Assembly (NCBI GenBank): GCA_949358305.1
Contig: OX442314.1
Span: 16,926,001 to 16,990,000 of the forward strand
From: Strigamia acuminata
Taxonomy: Eukaryota
Direction of reading: 5' to 3'
Length of the DNA: 64,000 bases
Of this stretch, positions 1-10,700 are shown piece after piece; the first letter of the stretch is position 1, and each line of letters begins with the position of its first letter. The notes beneath the pieces were generated by a model. It saw only the letters and a program-made list of their open reading frames with translations. It searched no databases and was not told where the DNA came from. Position numbers and translations under genes: made by a program.

Positions 1-520
1 TTTTCGACGTTAGGCCTAAACTTACTGCGTCGTCGTCAAACCTAGTCTCGAAAAATCTCGGACCCGAACGAGATTTATGAAATGTGAGCTCAACCTGATT
101 ACACGCAACACTAATCTTTTTTTTTTTTCAAAATAAATGTGTTAAATTTTACATTAATCCGTAAATAGCCGTGACGAAAAAAATTACGAGCAAAATCGTT
201 CACCTTTTGTTCGGGTATAATACATAAAAATTATTCGTGTTTTCAAATACTAGTGTTTGTTAAAATTGCACAATGCAACATGAACCGTAAACTTTTTTTT
301 TCCGTTTTTATTTTATTGGTTATTGAATAACAAAAGTTTTTTCGTACATATGTATTTGCACCATGTTAAACATAAAACAAGAAGCCTTACAAATTCAACG
401 ATGCAATTTGAGTAACTCGACCTTAACTTGAGTCTGAAAAGGAAGATGGTGGGTTTCTGAAATTAAAAACAATGATTATTTTGTAGGCAAAAAAAATAAT
501 TTTTTTTACCGATTAATTCC

Positions 521-3030
521 TCATCTTGAACTTTCCATGCCATCCATCGTACATCTGTATACCAATCAATTACTATCTCATCAATATAATGAATGAATAA
601 CAAAACTTGCCTATTTGCAGGAGCAGATGATTTACTCTCTGGTACTTGATCCGCCACTGCTTCCAGGACTCCAACCGCCAAATTATGACAACCCGGGCCC
701 AGTTGTATGTCCTCATCAACATCAGCCTAAAATTAAAAACATAATCGGATTAAATAAATCCTTCGGTAAAAATGTCACCTTGTACCATGCTCAATTTCAA
801 TTTTTGTGGATCGATGCGACTGCTGTTTTTACTGCCAACTGTATTCCAACCGTCCTCACCCATGCTTGATCCGCCACCCATACCTCCAAAACCACAAACA
901 AACCGGCCGTGAGAATAATTTACACGCAGCTAAATAAGATTTTTACTTTTTCGTTTATCTTCAATTCGTTGGTGAGATTGAGGTTGAGTTAAAGACATTT
1001 CTTTTTCCAAAACTTCTCTTTCCGCTTTTACATGAATTTGATCGGAAGTTTTTAGATTACCGTCATCTCTTCTAGGGACCCAATTATTTTGTCGCAAATC
1101 GATGACATCTTGCAACATGAAATAAACTCTCGGCGATGTTTGTCGTTTATTAATAATTTCCTTCATCATGTGAATGTAAGAGTTCATCTTATCACCCTAC
1201 AAAAAATGAACATAAACACCGCCAATTTTTTAAAATTGTAGTTCAATTTTCACTTGCCACTGGTTCTTTATTATTGCTTTTGCTCTTCTCTGGATCAATG
1301 TCCTTTCCGATAATTGTTAACAATATGCACAAACATTCTAATGAATCGTCATCTTCCTGATTGAGCAATTTTTTTAGGCAAATATGCATGATGGTAGCAG
1401 TGAGCATACGCAACTTAAAAAGTTCGCCAATAAATCTACGCGAAATAAAGAAACATTATTTTCTAGAACTATTTTCGACAATCAACACGATAAATTATTC
1501 AACCTGATATTCCCTAGCGATCTCCTTTTCGCTTTTCTTTCCAAATCCTCCAATTCTTCGTCCAATTCACGTTTCTTAGCTTCATCCTATAACAATAACA
1601 TTCGTTTCGTTATTCACATGCTGCCTTAAAAACCCCCTCAATATTCTCACATCAAGAAACATTTTCTTGGCTCTCTTGATTCTCGCAACATCATCGGCAG
1701 TGTCTCTTTCAAATTCCTTCTGGCATTTATTGAGCAGTAATTTACGAAAGTTTACAAAGTCATTATCTTGATTTCCTGTAGGGACTTTTTTCATAGCTAG
1801 ACATTTGCATAAGTAAGCAACACTAAAATTAGGTTCATCTAATGCCTGGAAAAAAATTGACACAAAGTCAACAATAATTCTACTTGGCAAAACAAATACC
1901 TACTTACTTTTTCAAATACTAAGTCAATAACACCCATTAGCCTCTCTTCAGTGTCTATACTTAAATCGTTTACTTTTTTCGATAATGTGTTAAACTTCTG
2001 CGGTGTCAACTCATTGAGAATACCTCCGACTCTTTTATATAAATCCTAAGAATATTCAAAAAAGTTAACACAATACAGTTTCCGAATAAAACGTATTCCT
2101 TACCTCGGTCTTAAGAGCCTCGGTGTCTGTATCCTTGCCAAATTTATGAGTTTGCTTCCATGCATTCTCAGACTTGTTCAATCGCACATCAGGATTGGAA
2201 GATAACAGATCAATCTCCTTCTTTTGCTCAGTTTCAGCAACTTGCTGGCTTAGGCAACGGTTAACTTGAGCCTGATAAAATTTCATTAGCACGAAAATAA
2301 AATAGATAAATAAATAAAAAAGCGGCAAAACACTTACGTTCCTAAGTGCCCTATTAGAAATTATATATTCACATTTGAAATCTGTTACAGGAAGATGAAG
2401 GCTTTTAGACCCAGCTGGACTAACGGGTCGCTCAAACGGTTTTGTTTTATTAGACTTTAAAAACAACATCAAACTTAACTTAAACATAAATGTTAAACTT
2501 AAATATTAAACTGAAAAAAAAACCTCTACCTCTCTTATATAAATCTTACGAACATTCAAAAACATTAGCACAATGCAGTTAACTCATTTCCTTACTTCGG
2601 TTGTAAGTGTGTCGGTATCGGTATCTGTATCTTCGCCAAATTTGTAAGTAGGCTTACATGCATTCTCAGGCTTATTCAATCGCATATCAGGATTGGAAGA
2701 TGGGCATGTTTGAACAATCTTTTTTTTCTTGATTAAGTTGGTGACAAGTTCATCTAGCAATTTCTTGTGGCCTGGTTTGATCTTGAATTTCTCGCAGAAA
2801 TCGTAAAACATTCCATACACTTTGACACTTTTAAGTGGTTCAGCTTGCTTAATAACCTCTGCATTTTCAATTAAAAACACTTCAATTTCATTAACTTCTG
2901 TTAATGAACTTAAACTATGTTCATTATCGTATCCAGTAATTTCTAAGCAAAAACGAACTTCTTCCGGCAGAAGTAATAATGTTTCCTTAAAACCCGAGTT
3001 GTTAACGGCACCTTGATCTTCGTTGTCCAT
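521..3030 (-). CDS. Chimeric eIF4G-derived gene D: novel N-terminal exon + complete MIF4G domain + part of the linker, stopping before MA3 (predicted, multi-exon)
   Basis: ATG at 3030 ([13 protein letters not shown]...). Exon 1 ends TTE|GTAAGG at 2596. Phase-compatible exons follow: [109 protein letters not shown] at 521-523 corresponds to a parental CGA. Could be a young pseudogene. Confidence 0.6.
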
Positions 3031-3140
3031 GACAGAAATCTGGATGGAGATGCTGCGGTAAACTTTCAACAAGCACTCCCGGCCTCAAGGTAGAACTGGT
3101 CGTGTAATCAGTGTGGTCCCGTGTGGTTCTCTGAGCATAG

Positions 3141-3506
3141 TTAAGGGAATTCCCCTCATCTGTGCAGTAGGCGTTGGGGACAGGGAGCTCCTCAGCCAGG
3201 AGTGATTAATGCTGTTTTCTTAATGTTTTTTTCTGCCCCCCTTGTTGACTAATGCATGTTGACTAATGCGCTGGCCCCCCTTGATTCCCCTTCCCCTTGC
3301 AAACCTCACCTTACTGTTTTTTTAATGTGATGGGGAATTGGGCACTTACTTGTTAGTCGCGATATGGTTAGTATGCATTAGTCATTCCTGGTTTTGTGGT
3401 TTGTGTCTGTAATTTTACCCAACAATACACAAAAAACCAAGTCACTCCTGGCTGAAGTGCCCCCTGTCCCCAATGCCTACTGCACAGATGAGGGGAATTC
3501 CCTTAA
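3141..3506. mobile_element. Non-autonomous TIR element (Kolobok-like MITE)
   Basis: Inverted repeats of about 65 bp (GGGAATTCCCCTCATCTGTGCAGTAGGC... / ...GCCTACTGCACAGATGAGGGGAATTCCC) flanked by TTAA at 3141-3144 and 3503-3506. TTAA plus purine-purine termini fits Kolobok rather than piggyBac. Confidence 0.75.
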
Positions 3507-3611
3507 TCTATACTCAGAGTTTTGTGCCTATAGAAAATTAGATTTTACGGTAACATTCGTTTTTACCAATAAAATTGGTTTTTCCATATAAAAAATTCGT
3601 TTTAATCCAAT

Positions 3612-3893
3612 ACAAATTCATTTTTGGACAAAAAATTCACTTTTGGACAAAAAATTCACTTTTGGACAAAAAATTCACTTTTGGACAAAAAATTCATTTT
3701 TGGACAAAAAAATTCATTTTTGGACAAAAAATTCATTTTTGGACAAAAAATTCATTTTTGGACAAAAAATTCATTTTTGGACAAAAAATTCATTTTTGGA
3801 CAAAAAATTCATTTTTGGACAAAAAATTCATTTTTGGACAAAAAATTCATTTTTGGACAAAAAATTCATTTTTGGACAAAAGATTCATTTTTA
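3612..3893. repeat. 19-bp minisatellite (TTTTTGGACAAAAAATTCA)n, about 14 units
   Basis: Directly visible tandem array. It produces the periodic FLDKKFIFGQKIHFWTKNS ORFs in three frames. Confidence 0.95.
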
Positions 3894-4384
3894 GTTGAAC
3901 CTTGGTGGTAAATCAAGTTGACTTGAGAAAAACACAGAATGACCACTCCGCCTTTGATGTTTACTGAAGTGATTGTTGGGTCAGCGACTGCAGGCAACCA
4001 GCAGCGGCGATGGTGATTCCGTGGCAACAAGCAAGAAACAAGCAGGAAATCACAGAATAACACAGAATGGCCACTTCACCGCCGTGAGCACCAGGAATGC
4101 ATCAGTGTCATCTTGTGGCAATTTATGCCCCAATGCAGACAAACATTGTAAAAAACACTACAATTCAGATTTCGTAAGATTTCAAGATTTGTCGTCAAAA
4201 TATAATTATCTACCCTTCAGACTTTAAACATTTTGCTCAATTTTGCTACAATTTGTGAAATTTTATGGATCTCCAGGATCTCGGAGATTTCATGGATTTC
4301 AAAGCCATTTTGCTTATCAAAATACAAGAAAAAATAAATTTTAATCGACTTAAAAATCAAGTAGCCATCTTAAGAAACAATACG

Positions 4385-4665
4385 AGTGATTAAGTACAAA
4401 AATGAATCGAGTCTGGCGGATTTCAGTACTGCTTTCCTGGACCAGTTTCTGATCACATTCGGATTGGTCAGGTCTGTTTTAGTTTCATAACTTTCGATTA
4501 ATTATTCTTAAAGTTGAGATGGCTGTGATGTGTGCTGATGCATCTGAACCTGCGCCGGTGGTTGTTGATGTTGCAGTTGTTGCGATACCTGTTCCGTGAC
4601 TACGGTTTGACCGATTGTGCTAGCAACTTTGAGTCGCAAATTGAGCAGCTATGTCACTCGCTCTC
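4385..4665 (-). pseudogene. Truncated copy of the eIF4G 'RASDIAAQFATQ..' exon, downstream of the stop codon of chimeric gene A
   Basis: Similar to parent 44700-45000 (GCAAATTGAGCAGCTA, TGATGCATCTGAACCTG). It is internally deleted and breaks off at about 4385. Confidence 0.7.
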
Positions 4666-4761
4666 AGTTGTAAAAAAATTAATACATGAATAATTATAAT
4701 TAAGATAAAATAAACAAAACAAAAGCGCCGCAATGGCATTTTCAATTTTATAGCCCACTAG

Positions 4762-7700
4762 CTACTCCGTCAGATCTCGAGACGGAGTGGGATCTTGAAT
4801 ACGAATTAATATTTTCTCTCGTTTGGGTAATTGGGGCTGTCGAGACGGCGACAATGAAGGCACCTGGTATCGGGGCATCATACTACTGTAAGACACTAAA
4901 AGCCAGACAACGAAATGTAAGTCAGAATCGAATTTTATCAAATGAAGATCACACTTATTGTTACCTGGAGGATTTTCGCCTCCGTAATGCGTAACTGGCG
5001 TATTCGCGGTCGAAACGTTCATAGTTTGAGCTGGAGACTGGACTTGGTGAGGCTGTTGCGAAGGATATTGAATCCTGTACTGTAAAAGCGCAACAAATTC
5101 CTACATTAGTTGTACGACTTTAAAATGAACCGTTCAACTCACTTTAGATGTACCACCACCCGTCAAATACATGTGCTGCATAGTATTAATTTGCTGCAGA
5201 GGATTCATTTTTTGCTGCTGCTGCTGCGGTGGCGGTTTTTGAGTGCCAGCATAAAATGATTGTTGATGCTGAGTAGCAGTCGCCGGTTTTATACCCATAT
5301 TCATTTCTGGGCGTTGATTAACCGAAGAAACCTGTGGCCGAAGTGGTGGTTGACGAGAATAAAATGGCTGCAAGTCCTGCATAATTTTGACAATTATTTC
5401 ACTTCATTGATGCAAAGGTTATAATGTTATATTTTAATTACCGGAGGCAAGTGTGTTCCGAACACCATCGGGGTATTGGACGCACCTGGCATCCCAGGTT
5501 GGCCCTGTTTACCCATATCGTGAGGGTTAGTATTTGCAGACATTTGCTGATGTTGTACTGCCGAGCGCATTTGTTGATTAGGATACATTCTTTGGATACT
5601 GTATTCCTCACCAACGTCTAATCGGAGAAAAAAACGTCAAAAAACCTTCACTTTGTCAATTTATGATAAGATCACTTACTTGTGGGGGTTCCGCGAGGTA
5701 TATTTTGCATTCTGAGAAGGCCATTAAGGAATTTTGAAGGTGTACTTTCGTTAGGTGGCATGTGTGTTTCGAACACCATTGGAATGTTGGATGCACCTGG
5801 CTTCCCAGATTGGCCCTGCTTACCCATTTCGTGGGTGTTAGTATTTGCGGACGTTCGCTGCTGATGTTCTGCTAAACGCGTTTGTTGATTAGGATACATA
5901 TTTTGGAAATCCGCAACCGCTTCGTTTTCCGATTCGTTTTCCGCTTCCTTCAGCCAAACATAAAAAGCACGGACAGAGTTCAAAGCCTCGCCTTTACCCT
6001 CCTGTTCTACAGGATCTTCACTCTTCTCCCATAGTAAGAAAGCATCCTCAGAAATTATCTCTTCGTCATAAAGGAACCCGAAAAATGTGCACAATATTCC
6101 TAAATTAAATAAAAGAAATCAGTTCAAATTCTAACTTCACTTTGATCAATTATATTTCATCACCTTTCGGTTGTTCCAATTGATGCATAAGAGCTTGCAG
6201 GGCGTAAATTGCTTGCATTTCGCACGCTTCTGAATGATCCAAGTATTTTCTTAAAATATTACAACGATTTCTCAATAGAGCTTCATCCACTTGTATCGTT
6301 GAGTCATCTGTAAACATGAAAAACCAAAGAGAAAATTATTTTTATAAAATGTTAATTTATGTGCAAACAGTATGGTCTTACCACTTTTTCCTAATACACT
6401 TTGACATACAGCTATCATTAAAGCACGAACAAATGATGCTTCGTGACATTGGCTTTCACTCAGGTGTGCCTACAGTTAAAAAAGATAAAATCAACAAAAA
6501 TCGACTTTTTTATTTGGTAATGCATTTCTCACGTCTATCCAATCAAAAATCTCTTTATTTTCAGATTGCTTACTAGCAAATAGTGCAGCTAACTCGGTTT
6601 TCAGTTGCCCGGAAGAAAGATTGGTGGTTTTGCAAGGCTCTCGTGGCTTCACCGTAAACTCTAACTTCTAGCAACGACCAACAAGAAAAAATATATCTAT
6701 CTAAAACCAGAACACGACACAATAAACCAATCTTACATTCTCCTTAATGAATTCTTCTGTCTTTAGACTAGCCGGTAAAAACTGAGACCACTGTAAATTA
6801 GACGATCTCCACAATTCACCAACTTCATGTGTTCCCTAATTAAAAAAACAACAAATAAATCGTTTTGTTTGGAAATTTATAAATAAAACGGTATTACCAA
6901 TTTGTTAGAAACAGCATGCAAAACGGCAGACACAAAAGAGCCAGCACAACCTGTTTCGAAACAAGGCTGGGCTGCCTCATGAAGAAATGATAAAGGTAAT
7001 GTGCTATCTTTAATCAAAGGCGCAATTAATTCGCCTAAATATTCCCAAATATGAGGAATATCAATTGCATAATCTTCAGCCAAACTCAGAATTGCTTGAA
7101 GGCTGCAAAAAAAAAAGAAATGATAAGTATTGAAAAGAGAAAAAAATATATATATATGAATTATCTTGCATTAACCTTACCCTTTAATATACTGCTCAGG
7201 AGTCATAACTTTCGCCTTTATTAAATCATGCATCAGTTGGCCAATCTGTTGCCTCGTTTGAGCCGAGCGCTCTAGAACGTAATTGAATGCATAAGTAAAA
7301 AAAAAAGAAATCGTTGTGGGAGCACAAATTTCCGAAATGCACAGAATAGCTTCCTAGAAACACAAAATTTCAAAATCAGACAAGTTCTTAAACTGATAAA
7401 ACAAAATAAATATCCAACTTGAAAATCAGTATTATGTAAAAATTCATCGAGTAGTGCTTTAGCTCTCTTTTCAATTTCTATTTCGGTTAAGTCAGGATTT
7501 CCTCTCAGAGCAACATCTTTCTTCTCTTCTTTGGTAATACTACTCTCTCGACTGCTGTCTATCGGAGCGCGGCCACTTTCCCCGCTAGCAATTGTTTTAA
7601 CCGCTGCAATTGCTTGTTCACGCTCCTTCTCCTTTTGCGACTGCACGACAGCTTTGCCACTGCGCTGAGCAGGCGGTGCCATTTGAGTGCCTCGACCTTT

Positions 7701-10700
7701 ACTTGAGTCTCGAGACGAAGAAGGTGCGTTTCTAAAATTTAAAACAATTATTATTTTCGTAATTAAATTCAAATTCTAATTTTTTTACCGATTAATTCCT
7801 CGTCTTGAATCTTCGACGCGAGCACATGGTTCGTTAACGAGAGCGTGAAATCTGTAAACCAATTAATTACAATCTACAATTTCTTAAATGAATAACAAAA
7901 CTTACCTATTTGCTGGAGCAGATGATTTACTCTCTGGTTCCCAGCTACTTGTCCTTGATCCGCCACTGCTTCCACGACTCCAACCAACAACATAACGACC
8001 ACTGGTGGTTTCACAAGGCTCTCGTGACTTCACTGTAAACTCTAACTTCTGTCAGCATCCCACAAATATACATATATATAAAACAAGAAAATAAGACAAT
8101 AAACCAATTTTACATTCTTCCTAATGAATTCTTCTGTCTTTACACTAGGTAGTAAAAACTGAGCCCATTGTAAATTCCACGATCTCCACAATTCACCGAC
8201 TTCGTGCGTTCCCTTAATTAAAAAACAACAAATTAATCGTTTTGATTTTAAATATATAAATAAAGCGGTATTACCAATTTCTTAGAAACAGCATGCAAAA
8301 CGGCAGACACAAAAGAGCCAGCATAACCTGTTTCGAAACAAGGCTGGGCTGCCTCATGAAGCCACACCAAAGGTAATGTGCTATCTTCAATCAAAGGCGC
8401 AATTAATTCGCCTAAATATTCCCAAATATGAGGACTATCAATTGCATAACCTTCGGCCAAACTCAGAATTGCTTGAAGGCTGCAAGAAAAATTATAAATC
8501 AAGTATTAAAAAGTGGAAAAAATGAAAAATCGGAACTTTTTATCTTGTATTAACCATAGGGTACCCTTTAATATACTGCTCAGGAGTCATGACTTTCGCC
8601 TTTATTAAATCATGCATCAGTTGACCAATCTGTTGCCTCATTTTAGCCGTGCGTCGTAGAACGTAACAGAATGCATAAGTAACAAAAAAAGAAATTGTTG
8701 TGGAAGCAAATGTTTCTGAAACGCACAGAATAGCTTCCTAGAAGCACAAAAATTCAAATTCAGATACGTTTTTGAACCGCTAAAACAAAATAAATATCCT
8801 ACTTGAAAATCCGAAGTATGTAAAAATTCATCGAGTATTGCCCTAGCTTTCTTTTTAAATTCCTTTTTAGTTAAGTCGGGACATAATAGTAAAAGAGGTC
8901 TTTTACTACTATGGTCGGGATTTTCTCTCAGAGCTACGTCATCTTTCTTCTCTTCGCTGGTAGTACTACTCTCTCGACTGTTATCTCCTGCAGGGTGTCT
9001 ACTTTCCGTAACCAGCTGAAATTGCATTTTTTTTTTCCTGCCATGCACAACAGCTTTGCCAAGATGCTGATCAGAGGGTGCCATTTGGATACCTCGATCT
9101 TTACTTGAGTCCCGAGACGGCGAAAGAGAGTTTCTGAAATTTAAAACAATTATTATTTTCGTGAACAAACACAAAATAATTTTTTTTACCGATTAATTCC
9201 TCGTCTTGGTTCGTTATTATTACTTTTGCTTTTCTCTGGATCAATGTTTGTTCCGATAGTTGTTAGCATTGTGGACAAAACTTCGAATGATTCATCATCT
9301 TCGCGTTTGACCAATTTTTTTAGGCAGTCGTACATGATGTTTGCAGTAAGCATGTGCAACTCAAAGAGTTCGCCAATAAATCTACGCGAAATAGAATAGC
9401 ATTTTTTTCTAGAATTATTTTCAACCAATCAACACAATAAATTATTCAACCTTATATTTCCTAGCGACCTCGTTTTCTCTTTTCTTTCCAAATCCTTCAA
9501 TTTCTCATCCGATTCCTCAGACAATTCATCTTTCATAGCTTTATCCTTCAATAAAATTCGTTATTCACATGCTGCCTTAAAAACCCCATAAACATTCTCA
9601 CATCGGTAAACATTTCCTTGTCCGTCCTAATTTTCGTAATATCAGCAGGACTGTCTCCTTCAAATTCCTTCTGGCATTTTTTGAGCAAGAATTCACGAAA
9701 TTTTACAAAGTGATTATCTTGATTTCCTGTAGGGATTTTTTTCATTCTTAGACGTTGGCATAAATTGGTGTAAGCGATACTGAAATTAGGTTCATCTAAT
9801 GCCTGGCAAAAAAAATTAACACAATATCAACAACAATTCTTCTTGGCAAAACAAATAACTGCTTACTTTTTCAAATACTAAGTCAATAACACCCATTAGC
9901 CCTTCTTCAATGATTGACTGGCATTTAACTTGAGCCTGATAAAATTTCACGAAAATCAAATAAACGCATAAATAACAAACTAAAAAAATACTTACATCCC
10001 TAGGTTTGGCACAAGACTTTACATATCCAGGAGTATGAGATCTTTGAAACCCAGCTAGACTAACGGGCTTTGTTTTATTAGACTTTAAAAAACAACATCA
10101 AACAGTTAAAAAAAAAGAAAAAAAAAAAAAAAAAAAAAAACTCTTATATTACCCAATCTGTAACTGAATCCTTTATAACTTCCAGATCTGGTAAACCTTC
10201 TGGTTTTCGTAAGGACAGTGGCTGAAACTGCATTTGCAGCAAAAATGATCGATCATATTGTCGTTTTCCTTCAGGATTTAAAGGACTCCATTGATCTAAA
10301 ACCACAAAGAAATCCAGTTAAACATTCACCCCAATCTCCTAAACATCGTTTACTAACCTTTCTTAGAAATAGTTTGACTTTTGGTAATAGGTTGATCTAT
10401 TACATCAATCACTTGTTCATTCCTCTCAAAATCTTGACTAACTTTAGTATTTTCTTCAATCTTTTCACTCAATTTACGTTCTTCCTCCTTAGAATTTATG
10501 TTATCAGTGAGAGAAACCTCTTGTGCGACCGCAGGACTACCTTCAGGTAAGTTAATCTAATAAAACAAGACATTTGCACACATTCGTCTAATGTCTGGAA
10601 AAAATTTATCACAAAATCAACAATAATTGAGCTGGCAAAACGAATAACTACCGGTACATACTTTTTCAAATACTAAGTCAATATCACCTATTAGTTTTTC

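Noticed and set aside
3575..3911. Repetitive ORFs in three frames; CRISPR-like appearance
   Set aside because: A pure 19-bp minisatellite with no unique spacers, in eukaryotic DNA. The ORFs are by-products of a stop-free repeat unit.
3900..4230. 84-aa plus-strand ORF in a GC-richer patch
   Set aside because: No ATG start, no recognisable motif and no clear splice partners.
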